Shown here: positions 22,668-32,066 of the stretch, in pieces
Layout: the number at the start of each line of letters is the position of its first letter
Position numbering within the stretch: the first letter of the stretch is position 1
Assembly (NCBI GenBank): GCA_964385615.1
Contig: CAYLPP010000002.1
Coordinates: 40,518 to 104,517 of the forward strand
Length of the DNA stretch: 64,000 nucleotides
Direction: 5' to 3'
DNA from: an uncultured bacterium
Lineage (GTDB): Bacteria > Omnitrophota > Omnitrophia > Omnitrophales > Aquincolibacteriaceae
The notes under the pieces: model-generated
Seen by the model: the letters and a program-made list of their open reading frames with translations, nothing else
Told to the model about the DNA's origin: nothing
The model's database searches: none
Made by a program: the position numbers and the translations under genes

Positions 22668-23721
22668 TCTTCTCACCGGTACCTCTGCTTTGAAGACTCC
22701 GTCTTCGCAGGGCTATTTCATGCCCGCCGAATGGGCAAAGCATGAAGCTACTTGGCTTTCCTGGCCTCATAACACCATTACCTGGCCCGGAAAAAGACTG
22801 GCGCGGGTGCGCGATATCTACCTTCAGATGATTGAGAATCTTCTTCCTGAAGAAAAAGTAAAACTGCTTCTGGCCCCGAAGATGAAAGAAGAAGTTTTGA
22901 AATTTCTTAAGCCCAAGCTTTCACAGAAAAGTCTTAAAAATCTGATTATCATTGAAGAGCCGACAGTAGATGCCTGGATCCGTGATTACGGGCCGACCTT
23001 TGTCGTTAAGAAGGGTGAGAAGGCCTGGGTGAAGTGGACCTTTAACGCCTGGGGCGGAAAGTATTCGGATCTGGCCGAAGACACGCATATTTTTGAAAAT
23101 AAAAAATTAATTGCCCAGCCTTGTTTTGAAGCGGGGATCGTGCTGGAAGGCGGTTCTATTGAAGTGAATGGAGCCGGTACCTGCATGACCAGCGAGCAGT
23201 GTCTTTTAAACAAAAACCGGAATCCCCGCCTGACTCAGTTTGAAATTGAACAATACCTGAAAGAGTATCTCGGCGTTTCCCAGGTGCTTTGGCTGAATGA
23301 AGGAATTGTCGGGGATGATACGGACGGTCACATTGACGATATCGCGCGGTTTGTGGATGAAAAGACGATTTTAACCGTCTATGAAGACAATGTTTCAGAC
23401 GAGAATCACGCGTTCTTAAGAGAGAACTGGGAAAGGCTTAAAGCAGCCGAAACGACTTCCGGAAAGAAATGGAATGTGATTAAACTGCCTATGCCCAAGC
23501 CTGTTGAGGAAGGCGGGGGCAGGCTTCCTGCCAGCTACGCTAATTTCTTGATTGCTAACGCTTCGGTCCTGCTTCCGGTTTATGCCTGCAGGCAAGATAA
23601 GGATGCCGTGAAGATTCTGAAGGAAGTTTTTCCGAAGAAAGATATTGTTCCGATTGACTGCACGGCGATGGTCTATGGCTTGGGCGCGATTCATTGCGTT
23701 TCACAGCAGGAACCCGCCTAA
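22660..23721 (+). CDS. aguA: agmatine deiminase
   Basis: Porphyromonas-type peptidylarginine/agmatine deiminase motifs: WIRDYGP, GGSIEVNGAGTCMTSEQCLLNKNRNP and the C-terminal GAIHCVSQQEP catalytic cysteine. Confidence 0.85.
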   Translation: MPNLLTGTSALKTPSSQGYFMPAEWAKHEATWLSWPHNTITWPGKRLARVRDIYLQMIENLLPEEKVKLLLAPKMKEEVLKFLKPKLSQKSLKNLIIIEEPTVDAWIRDYGPTFVVKKGEKAWVKWTFNAWGGKYSDLAEDTHIFENKKLIAQPCFEAGIVLEGGSIEVNGAGTCMTSEQCLLNKNRNPRLTQFEIEQYLKEYLGVSQVLWLNEGIVGDDTDGHIDDIARFVDEKTILTVYEDNVSDENHAFLRENWERLKAAETTSGKKWNVIKLPMPKPVEEGGGRLPASYANFLIANASVLLPVYACRQDKDAVKILKEVFPKKDIVPIDCTAMVYGLGAIHCVSQQEPA

Positions 23722-23746
23722 TCTCCAGCCGTTAAATAAACACGCT

Positions 23747-24556
23747 TTAGTTTAACGCAAGTGCCTGCTGTTTCTTAAAAGACTCACCGACATCCGCTCG
23801 TCTGGTATTTTCAGGAAGATCGAAATTAAAGTCGGCTGAACCGTTGCCGGCTGAAAACTCCACCGATTTAAAAAGCATGACCGTCTCGTTTGCACCCCGC
23901 TCCGCGTAGGACTCAATTCTTATTTTACCAGGGTAAGAAAAAGATTCTTTTGCTGATTTTTCAACGGTTTCAAATCCGTTTCTTTCAATAAGTGTCCGGG
24001 GCTTGCCGTCCTTGCGGTAATAGACCTCCTTAAGCGTATTCCCATTTCTGTCAGTGTAAACCGAGCGTGAAAGCTGACCGTTTGTTTGAATTCCAAGTTG
24101 AACGAGGTCTCCGGTGTCAGAAAGAATTTGTGTCCGGGTTTCATCAATTAAAGAAGGTTTAAGTGAGCGGTAAAGATCCAAAGCTTTGAGGTGGCTGTGA
24201 ATTTCAGGAGAATCTTCGAGATCGAAGATGGTTCCCGAAAAGACAGTATTTTGACGGGGCAGGTAAAGGTCAAAATTCCGGTCATCCGTTCGGAACACGA
24301 AAAGAAGCTGGTTCTGATCGTTGAAACCTTTCAGGAGGATTTTTTCATCCAGCCGGTTGTAAACCAGATCGGCCCGGCAGAAAGCTTTTTTTCCGTCAGG
24401 AGTTGAGAACTCCATCCGGAGGGAAGCCTGCATTTGAATCCAAAAACCGCGCTGAGCCTCAATTTTTCTGACGATCTCAGAAAGATTCGGCGCTTGAGCC
24501 TGAAGCGGAAGGCACACCAGGACAAGCAGAAAAAGAAAGGGTGCTGTTTTTTTCAT
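23747..24556 (-). CDS. hypothetical secreted lipoprotein-sorting-like protein (LolA/LolB-like fold suspected)
   Basis: N-terminal signal peptide MKKTAPFLFLLVLVCLPLQAQA. Co-directional with, and 18 bp downstream of, the inositol-lipid genes. Confidence 0.35.
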   Translation of the reverse strand: MKKTAPFLFLLVLVCLPLQAQAPNLSEIVRKIEAQRGFWIQMQASLRMEFSTPDGKKAFCRADLVYNRLDEKILLKGFNDQNQLLFVFRTDDRNFDLYLPRQNTVFSGTIFDLEDSPEIHSHLKALDLYRSLKPSLIDETRTQILSDTGDLVQLGIQTNGQLSRSVYTDRNGNTLKEVYYRKDGKPRTLIERNGFETVEKSAKESFSYPGKIRIESYAERGANETVMLFKSVEFSAGNGSADFNFDLPENTRRADVGESFKKQQALALN

Positions 24557-24573
24557 TTTAGAGAAACCGCAGA

Positions 24574-25173
24574 TTAATTTTCGGACGGAGGAACGGAAAG
24601 TTTATTCTTTGTGTAGAGAATCCGGTGAACCGCGGTGGCATTGGTTCCGATCAGAAGAATGATCAGGCACAAAGGGCGCACCCAGCCGCCGAAAGCCGAA
24701 TAGACTCCCAGCACAATCAGCCGTTCCGGTCTTTCAAATACGCCGATCGTGCAATCGTCGATCATGTTTTCCGCCCGCGCTTTGGCGTAGCTGGTTACAA
24801 ACGCTCCCGCAATGATGCCGAGACAAACAGCAGTCCATCCCGCCTGCTGAAGATGAGCGTAATGAACGGCCAGACCGCCGAAAAGAAAAAGATCCGCGTA
24901 GCGGTCAACGGTAGAATCCAGGAACGCGCCGAATTTGGAGATTTTTCCGCTGTGGCGGGCTAAGGGACCGTCGAACATATCGCCAAGACAGGCAAATAGG
25001 AGAAGGATACCCCCCCAGAAGAAATGGCCGGAGGCATAAATCACACCGCTGGTCAGGCTGAGTGCCAGACCAGCGAGTGTGACGTGATTTGGGGAAATGC
25101 CCTTGCTGTCTAGAAAGATAGCGACTTGCTTCAGTCCGGACTCAAGATAAGGGTAGACGTGTTTTCTGAGCAC
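24574..25173 (-). CDS. CDP-alcohol phosphatidyltransferase family protein (candidate phosphatidylinositol-phosphate synthase or DIP-phosphate synthase)
   Basis: Signature D(x)2DG(x)2AR(x)8G(x)3D(x)3D is intact (DMFDGPLARHSGKISKFGAFLDSTVDRYAD) within a 199-aa polytopic membrane protein. Confidence 0.8.
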   Translation of the reverse strand: MLRKHVYPYLESGLKQVAIFLDSKGISPNHVTLAGLALSLTSGVIYASGHFFWGGILLLFACLGDMFDGPLARHSGKISKFGAFLDSTVDRYADLFLFGGLAVHYAHLQQAGWTAVCLGIIAGAFVTSYAKARAENMIDDCTIGVFERPERLIVLGVYSAFGGWVRPLCLIILLIGTNATAVHRILYTKNKLSVPPSEN

Positions 25174-25182
25174 GCCGTCTTC

Positions 25183-26292
25183 TTATCGGGGGCAGGTGCC
25201 CTGCACAAATTTCTTCACGAGCTCTTTGGCTTCCGTGTCAGGAATTTGTTTGGGCGGGTGCTTCATGGTGTAAGCGGACATTGAAATCAGCGGACCGCCG
25301 ATTTTGCGGTCACGGGCGATTTTGGTCGCGCGGATTGCGTCAATCGCGCAGCCGGCGCTGTTCGGTGAATCTTCCACCGACAGACGGAGTTCAATGTTGA
25401 TGGGGAAACCCGCGAAACCGCGGCCTTCCATGCGCAAATAGCAGACCTTGTTGTCGTTCTGCCAGGGAACATAATCTGAAGGACCGATATGAATATTATC
25501 TTCGTGAAGCGGTTCGGCCATCTGGCTCTGCACGGCAGCCGTCTTTGAAATCTTTTTGGATTTCAGGCGCGTGCGGTTGAGCATATTCAGGAAATCCGTG
25601 TTACCGCCGGTGTTCAGCTGGTAAGTACGGTCAACCTTAACTCCGCGGTCTGAGAAAAGCTTGGTCAGAGTGCGGTGGACGATCGTGGCGCCGACCTGAG
25701 CCTTGATATCATCACCGACGCAGGGGATACGCTTGTCTTCAAAGCGCTTGGCCCATTCAGGGTTTGAAACGATAAAGACCGGCATGCAATTGATCAGGCT
25801 GACTCCGGTTTTAAGGCAGGCTTCCGCGTAGAATTCCACGGCTTTCTGGCTTCCGACCGGGAGGTAGTTCAGGAGAATTTCAGCGCCTGATTCCCGGAGG
25901 ACTTTTTCGACATTGCAGGGTTTTTTGTTTGAGAGGACGAAAGTCCGGTCATCCGGGTAATCCGCCATGTGAGCGGAATAGCCGTCAAGCACCGGGCCCA
26001 TCTCTACAACCACTTTGCTTTTGGGGATCCGGTTATTTTCAAGGGGGAGAAGGCAGTTAGGCTTGGCTTTTAAGGCGACGTCAAAGGTTTCGCCCACTTT
26101 TCTTTTGTCGATATCGAAAGCCGCGACAAACTCGATATCTTCAGGGAAATAACCGCCCATTTCGTAGTTCATGAGGCCCATGAATTCTTTTTTCTTCTTG
26201 GCCTTGGTGGTTTCTTTGTAATATTCAATACCTTGAACGAGTGATGCGGCGCAATTACCGACGCCGGCGATCGCAACTTTAATCTTGCCCAT
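25183..26292 (-). CDS. myo-inositol-1-phosphate synthase (archaeal/bacterial short type)
   Basis: N-terminal NAD-binding KVAIAGVGNCASSL-like motif (KVAIAGVGNCAASLVQG), about 370 aa. Family features GPSDYVPW and the catalytic region SYNHLGNNDG-like (SQMAEPLHEDNIHIGPSDYV). Confidence 0.75.
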   Translation of the reverse strand: MGKIKVAIAGVGNCAASLVQGIEYYKETTKAKKKKEFMGLMNYEMGGYFPEDIEFVAAFDIDKRKVGETFDVALKAKPNCLLPLENNRIPKSKVVVEMGPVLDGYSAHMADYPDDRTFVLSNKKPCNVEKVLRESGAEILLNYLPVGSQKAVEFYAEACLKTGVSLINCMPVFIVSNPEWAKRFEDKRIPCVGDDIKAQVGATIVHRTLTKLFSDRGVKVDRTYQLNTGGNTDFLNMLNRTRLKSKKISKTAAVQSQMAEPLHEDNIHIGPSDYVPWQNDNKVCYLRMEGRGFAGFPINIELRLSVEDSPNSAGCAIDAIRATKIARDRKIGGPLISMSAYTMKHPPKQIPDTEAKELVKKFVQGTCPR

Positions 26293-26564
26293 CTGGAAAA
26301 TCCTCCGATTTTAAATTTTAAAATAGCATCCCATCTCAGGCGGGGCCTTTTGGGGAAAGCTCTGAACGGAACTTGCTCAGGCGAAAGTGATTATAGCATT
26401 GAATGCTTCTAAATCAAGCGGAAAGCTTGCCGTGTAAACCATTTAAAACAATAGGGTTGTAAAATATAAGTCCTATAAAAACGATCAAATTAGATTTAAT
26501 CAAGCGGATTTCCTATGATAAAATCCTGCTTTCATCAACCCTGAAAGGATAACCGGAGATTGAA

Positions 26565-26888
26565 ATGACCATTCCTCTTGAAGAATTTAAGAAAATCCAG
26601 CTGAAGGTGGCTCAAATTGAGTCCGTGGAGCCTCATCCAAACGCTGACAGGCTCTATGTTTTGAAAATCAAAGTAGGTGAAGTCCAGAAGCAGATTGTGG
26701 CGGGCATTCGCAAGCACTATACCGAAGAGGAACTTAAAGGGAAAAAGATCGTGATTGTGGATAATCTCGAACCCGCGGTGATTCGGGGAGTGGAGTCTAA
26801 CGGGATGCTTTTGGCGGCATCCGACACAGAGTCTCTGACGGTAATTGTTCCTGAGAGACCGATTTCTGACGGAGCTTTGATTAAGTAA
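26565..26888 (+). CDS. csaA: tRNA-binding protein (CsaA/Trbp111, EMAP-II-like OB fold)
   Basis: LKVAQIESVEPHPNADRLYVLKIKVGE is typical of the MetRS C-terminal-like tRNA-binding domain; the protein is 107 aa. Confidence 0.75.
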   Translation: MTIPLEEFKKIQLKVAQIESVEPHPNADRLYVLKIKVGEVQKQIVAGIRKHYTEEELKGKKIVIVDNLEPAVIRGVESNGMLLAASDTESLTVIVPERPISDGALIK

Positions 26889-26891
26889 AGT

Positions 26892-27279
26892 TTAGAACGG
26901 AACGGCGAAATAGGCTGAAAGATTTTTCCAGGTTACGTAATGAATGTAGGCCAGGAAAACGATGAGGGCGAAAAGACTGATGAACCGGACCGGGCCTTTT
27001 TCATTCCAGAGCTGTTTCATCATAAAGCCGATGAAGCTGAAATACAAAATAGTGATTGGAAGCAGAATCGCGTAATAAGTTACGTTTTGGGATGAGGGGA
27101 GAGGCACGAAGCTTCCGATTACATTCTTAAGGCCGTAGGTCATGTAAAGAGGAGGGCCCATCAGAACCAGCGAAGCATCGTCGCTCCATCTTTTCAGATA
27201 AGCGACAAAGGCCAGAATTCCAAATAGAAAAAAATAACGGATGAGATGATGGATTTGGCCGATTGATTTCTTTTCCATG
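26892..27279 (-). CDS. hypothetical integral membrane protein
   Basis: Four predicted TM helices. Start chosen at the ATG at 27279 to avoid overlap with the divergent DUF1015 gene; the supplied ORF extends to 27404. Confidence 0.3.
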
Positions 27280-27345
27280 AAGTGATTAATGTAGTATGCG
27301 CCCAATTTCTTGTCAAAGAAAAACTCTTGTGCTACTATCAACCCC

Positions 27346-28701
27346 ATGGTTTCTTCCAGTAAGACATCCCCGTTAAAAAAGCTCGCGGACTTCCGGCCTC
27401 TCAAGGGTTGGCGCTACAATCCCGGGCAAATCAATTTTTCAGAGGTTATCGCTCCGCCCTACGATGTCATTTACCCGGCGGAGCAGGAAACCCTTTATAA
27501 ACGGTCTCCTTACAACTGCGTGCGGTTGGTTCTCAATAAGATTGAACCTTCAGACACCGATCAAAATAACCGGTATACCCGCGCGAAGCAGTTTTTCGCG
27601 GACTGGCAGAAATCGGGTCACCTGATTCAGGAAGAAACCCCGGCTTTTTACGTTTACCGTCAGACTTATCAGGATCCGGTGACCGGCCGTAAGCTGGACC
27701 GCACGGCGGTTTTGGGCCGTCTTCGTCTTGAGCCTTTTGACAAAGGAATTGTTGTTCCGCATGAAAAGACGCTGTCTCAGGCGCGCGCGGATCAGCGCAG
27801 ACTTTTGGAAACCGCGCAGGTCAGCTTCTCACCCGTTTTTGGTCTTTATGATGATCCTAAAAAAGAAATGGAATCCGCGGTGGAAAAGATCAAGTCGGGC
27901 AAACCGGCGCTTGATGCCGTAGATGACCAGAAAGTCGCGCACACGGTCTGGCCGGTCACGGACCCGCAAACGCTTGAGAAGATTCAGGAAATCATTTCGC
28001 GGAAAAATATTTATATCGCTGACGGTCACCATCGGTATCAGACTGCGTTAGAGTACAGCCAGGATGTCCGGAAACAGAAAAATGTTCCGGAAGGCGAAGA
28101 CCTGCCGTCGGACTTTGTTTTAATCGCTTTGGTTGAGTTTCATGACCCGGGCTTGATTTTGATGCCGACCCACCGCATCCTTCTTCCTTACGCCGGTTTT
28201 GAAGGGGAAAAGTCGGTTGAAAAGCTGAAAAGCTATTTTAAGGTCGAGCCGGTTTCTGAAGAAGAGCTTAAGAAAAAAATCGCGGTCCGCAATAACGGCA
28301 AAGACGTTTGTATGGGATTGGGGCTGAATGGGAAATATTTTTTCCTGACGCTTACGGAGTTTGAAAAAGCCAAAGCGGCCGTGGGGCTGAGTAAGGCAGA
28401 TGTTTGGTACCGGCTGGACGTGAACATTCTGGCGCATCTGATTTTTAACAAGCTCTGGAACTTGCCTGAATCTGATTGGGAGAAAACGCTTAAATTTACC
28501 CGGATTGAGTCCGAAGCTTTTCAATACGCGTCATCCGCCAAAGCCTGCGCGGTGTTTTTTCTTCAGCCTCCGCGCGTGGAATCGCTCCGGGAGATGGGCG
28601 AAATCCGCGAGCTTATGCCGCAGAAATCCACTTACTTTTACCCCAAGCTGGCCAGCGGGCTCGCGTTTTATGCCCACAAAATCGATTCAGGTACAAAGTG
28701 A
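27346..28701 (+). CDS. DUF1015 family protein
   Basis: Conserved ADGHHRYQTALEY block and overall length. The first ATG is at 27346; the supplied ORF begins at a TTG at 27310. Confidence 0.55.
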   Translation: MVSSSKTSPLKKLADFRPLKGWRYNPGQINFSEVIAPPYDVIYPAEQETLYKRSPYNCVRLVLNKIEPSDTDQNNRYTRAKQFFADWQKSGHLIQEETPAFYVYRQTYQDPVTGRKLDRTAVLGRLRLEPFDKGIVVPHEKTLSQARADQRRLLETAQVSFSPVFGLYDDPKKEMESAVEKIKSGKPALDAVDDQKVAHTVWPVTDPQTLEKIQEIISRKNIYIADGHHRYQTALEYSQDVRKQKNVPEGEDLPSDFVLIALVEFHDPGLILMPTHRILLPYAGFEGEKSVEKLKSYFKVEPVSEEELKKKIAVRNNGKDVCMGLGLNGKYFFLTLTEFEKAKAAVGLSKADVWYRLDVNILAHLIFNKLWNLPESDWEKTLKFTRIESEAFQYASSAKACAVFFLQPPRVESLREMGEIRELMPQKSTYFYPKLASGLAFYAHKIDSGTK

Positions 28702-29735
28702 ATCGGCCTTACCCCGATGAAGGGATGCCGAAAATACCGCCCTTCAAGGCTCCTGCCTGGTTAGTTCCATTTTTTATTGTAGTTATCCTTTTCTCATCCG
28801 GAAGCACGCTGTTTTATGAAGTCGGCCCCGACGAAGTTGGGGTTGTTCAGCAGTTTGGAAAATATGTCCGCACGACTAACCCCGGGCTTCACTTTAAAAT
28901 TCCTTTCGGCGTTGAAACAGTTAAAAACATTAAGGTCACGCATGTCTTTAAAGAAGAATTCGGTTTCCGCACGGTTTCGGCCGGAGTCCGCTCTGTTTAC
29001 GCGGGCCGTGAAGATACCCGCACGGACGCGCGCCGCCGCTCTTTGAGCGCGAGCGGTGATCCATTTCTGGATGAATCTCTGATGCTGACCGGTGATTTGA
29101 ATGTGGCGATCGTGGAATGGATTGTTCAGTTCACGATTAAGGACCCGGTCGCGTTCGCGTTTCGCGTCCGCGATCCGAAAGAAACGATCCGTAATATGTC
29201 AGAGGCTATGATGCGTCTTGTGATCGGCGATCACACGATCAACCAGGTACTGACTGCCGGCCGCGAAAAAATTCAGATTGAAGTGGAAAAGAAACTTCAG
29301 GAAGTGCTCGACAGCTACGGCGCCGGTATCGCGGTGCGGAACGTTATTCTTCAGGATGTGACTCCGCCCAATGAAGTGAAGCCCTCTTTTAACGAAGTGA
29401 ATGAAGCGCGTCAGGAAAAGGAAAAAGCGATTAACCAAGCCTGGGAAGAGTACAACAAAATCATTCCCCGGGCCAAAGGTCAGGCGGAACAGCAGATTCG
29501 CCAGGCGGAAGGTTACGCGGTCGAAAGAATTAACCGCGCGCAGGGCGACGCGAAACGTTTCGAGCTTGCCTGGCAGGCTTATAAAATGGCGCCCGAGGTC
29601 ACGCGCCAGCGTCTTTATCTTGAAATGATTCAGCAGCTTTATCCGGAACTTGGCGAGAAATGGATTTTGGATGATTCCCAGAAAAGTCTGCTGCCTCTTT
29701 TGAATCTAAGGCGGGACGGGAGCTCTGAATCATGA
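28698..29735 (+). CDS. hflK: protease modulator HflK (SPFH/band-7)
   Basis: N-terminal TM anchor then SPFH domain (DEVGVVQQFGKYVRTTNPGLHFKIP). Paired with hflC and overlapping it at the stop. Start is either GTG at 28698 or ATG at 28725. Confidence 0.85.
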   Translation: MNRPYPDEGMPKIPPFKAPAWLVPFFIVVILFSSGSTLFYEVGPDEVGVVQQFGKYVRTTNPGLHFKIPFGVETVKNIKVTHVFKEEFGFRTVSAGVRSVYAGREDTRTDARRRSLSASGDPFLDESLMLTGDLNVAIVEWIVQFTIKDPVAFAFRVRDPKETIRNMSEAMMRLVIGDHTINQVLTAGREKIQIEVEKKLQEVLDSYGAGIAVRNVILQDVTPPNEVKPSFNEVNEARQEKEKAINQAWEEYNKIIPRAKGQAEQQIRQAEGYAVERINRAQGDAKRFELAWQAYKMAPEVTRQRLYLEMIQQLYPELGEKWILDDSQKSLLPLLNLRRDGSSES

Positions 29736-30667
29736 AACAGGGAATTGCCGGTTTGATGATTGTGATTCTTTCTCTGGCGGGCATTGTCGTTTTAAACAGT
29801 GCTTACATTGTGGACCAGACCCAGCAGGTGGTGATAACCCAATTCGGCGAGCCTGTGAGCGGGCCGGTACAAAATCCGGGCCTCCACTGGAAAGTTCCCT
29901 TCGTGCAGACGGTCAATAAATTTGACAAACGAATCCTCGACTGGGACGGTTACCCTTCAGAAGTTCCGACCCGCGACAAAAAATTCATCTGGGTGGATGT
30001 GACCGGACGTTGGCGGATTCAGGATCCCTTGAAGTTTCTTCAGACCATGCACAATGAACGTAACGCCCAATCCCGGCTTGATGACATTATGGACGGTATT
30101 ACGCGCAATTTCATTACCCGCTACGCGCTGGTGGAAGTTGTGCGCACTTCCAACAACCTGCTTGAAGTCAAACAGGACGACGAAGATATTGCTTCCGAAG
30201 AAAGCTATGAAAAAGTCGAAATCGGCCGTGACGCCATCACCCGTGAAATTCTGGATATGGCCCGGGGTATTTTGAAGGATTACGGTATTGAGTTGATCGA
30301 TCTGCGTATTAAACGCATCAATTATATCCCGTCGGTTCAGCAGAAGGTTTTTGAAAGAATGATTTCTGAGCGTAAACGCGCCGCCGAACAGCTTCGTTCT
30401 GAAGGTCAAGGTGTCCGCGCGGAAATCGAAGGTAAGCGCGAAAAGGAACTGCGCCGTATTACTTCCGAAGCGTATAAAACCGCGGTAGAAATTGAAGGGC
30501 AGGCGGACGCTGAAGCAACCAAGATTTATGGGGATGCTTACAGCAAAGATCCCGCTTTTTACGCGTTTACGGCAAGTCTTGAGAAGTATCCGGCCGCTCT
30601 GAAAGATGGCCGGCTGGTTTTGACGACTGACAGCGAATTCCTGCGTTTCCTCAAGAAAAAGGACTGA
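29732..30667 (+). CDS. hflC: protease modulator HflC (SPFH/band-7)
   Basis: TM anchor, SPFH domain YIVDQTQQVVITQFGEP, and a coiled-coil C-terminus. Confidence 0.85.
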   Translation: MKQGIAGLMIVILSLAGIVVLNSAYIVDQTQQVVITQFGEPVSGPVQNPGLHWKVPFVQTVNKFDKRILDWDGYPSEVPTRDKKFIWVDVTGRWRIQDPLKFLQTMHNERNAQSRLDDIMDGITRNFITRYALVEVVRTSNNLLEVKQDDEDIASEESYEKVEIGRDAITREILDMARGILKDYGIELIDLRIKRINYIPSVQQKVFERMISERKRAAEQLRSEGQGVRAEIEGKREKELRRITSEAYKTAVEIEGQADAEATKIYGDAYSKDPAFYAFTASLEKYPAALKDGRLVLTTDSEFLRFLKKKD

Positions 30668-30677
30668 TTTCCGTTCC

Positions 30678-32066
30678 GTGCGGAAAATTTTCACTCAAAC
30701 CCGCAACTCCTCTCTCTCCCCCTGGCAGGTTTTTCAAAATTTGACCGGCCCTTCCCGGAAATGTTTCTTTCTGGACAGCGCTTTGCGCAGTCCCTCTCGG
30801 GGCAGTGCTCACGGAAAAGCCGGAGCGTTTTCTTATTTGGGATCAAACCCTTTCCTTGAAGTTATCGTGAAGAAAAACCGCGTTCATGTGACGGGGCTTG
30901 AAACAAGTGTTTTTCCGGTTTCGAAACTATTTTCTGTTCTCCGCCGGCTTTTTAAAAAATACCGAGCGGTCCGTGAACCGGAGCATCGATTTTTTAACGG
31001 CGGTGCCGTCGGATTTATGGGCTATGAAATGGCCCGGTATTTTGAAAAAATCCGGTTTCGCTCTAAACCTTCCGCGGGCACGCCCGATTTTTATCTGGCC
31101 TTTTATTCCGAATTAATCGCTTATGATCACACTAATAAAAAATATGTGCTCATTGTCCGGGCTCAGAATTCGGAATCGTCCCGCCTGAAATTTCAGAAAC
31201 TCGAAAGAGCTTTCCAGTCCGCGGTTCACTCTGAAAAAGCCTTTCGTGTCGGGGGTTTTAAACCTGAAATTCCCAAAAACCGTTTTGAAGCGATGGTGCG
31301 CCGCGCGCGGCAGTACATTCAGGCGGGGGATATTTATCAGGCGAATCTGTCGCAGGGTTTTTCTTTTTCCTTTAAAGGCAGTGATACGGGACTTTATGAA
31401 AAGCTCCGCAGGATTAACCCGTCGCCGTTTGCTTCTTTCCTTCGGGCGGGGGAGTTAAGTATCGTGTCCAGTTCCCCTGAAAGATTGGTTAGTAAAAAAG
31501 GAAAACATTGTGAGACACGCCCCATCGCGGGCACCCGGCCCCGACGGCCCGGATTGGAGAAAAAACTTTTGGCCAGTTCCAAGGAAAGAGCGGAACACAT
31601 CATGCTTCTTGATTTAGAGCGCAACGATTTGGGCCGGGTTTGCGATTACCGCAGTGTTCGTGTTACGGAAATGATGGGCATTGAAAAGTATTCGCACGTC
31701 ATCCATATTGTTTCCGCGGTAACCGGCCGGCTTTCAAAAGGGAAAGACGGCTGGGATCTGGTCAGAGCCATGTTTCCCGGCGGTACGATCACCGGGTGCC
31801 CCAAAGTCCGGTGCATGGAAATTATCGACGAACTTGAAAGAAGCCGGCGCGGACTCTACACAGGGTCTATCGGTTATTTCGGATTTAACGGGGACCTGGA
31901 TTTAAATATTATCATTCGGACGCTGGTGCTTCAGGGCGGTCAAGGCCGGCTTCAGGCCGGAGCCGGCATTGTTTATGATTCCGTACCTTCGCGGGAATAT
32001 CAGGAAACGCTTCACAAAGGCCGCGCGCTAGTGCAGGCGCTTGGGGTTGGACGCGTGAAAAAATGA
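30678..32066 (+). CDS. pabB: aminodeoxychorismate synthase component I (chorismate-binding enzyme)
   Basis: Chorismate-binding family motifs SPERLV, GTRPR, LLDLERNDLG and PGGTITGCPKVRCMEII. Followed by pabC with an ATGA overlap. Confidence 0.75.
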   Translation: MRKIFTQTRNSSLSPWQVFQNLTGPSRKCFFLDSALRSPSRGSAHGKAGAFSYLGSNPFLEVIVKKNRVHVTGLETSVFPVSKLFSVLRRLFKKYRAVREPEHRFFNGGAVGFMGYEMARYFEKIRFRSKPSAGTPDFYLAFYSELIAYDHTNKKYVLIVRAQNSESSRLKFQKLERAFQSAVHSEKAFRVGGFKPEIPKNRFEAMVRRARQYIQAGDIYQANLSQGFSFSFKGSDTGLYEKLRRINPSPFASFLRAGELSIVSSSPERLVSKKGKHCETRPIAGTRPRRPGLEKKLLASSKERAEHIMLLDLERNDLGRVCDYRSVRVTEMMGIEKYSHVIHIVSAVTGRLSKGKDGWDLVRAMFPGGTITGCPKVRCMEIIDELERSRRGLYTGSIGYFGFNGDLDLNIIIRTLVLQGGQGRLQAGAGIVYDSVPSREYQETLHKGRALVQALGVGRVKK

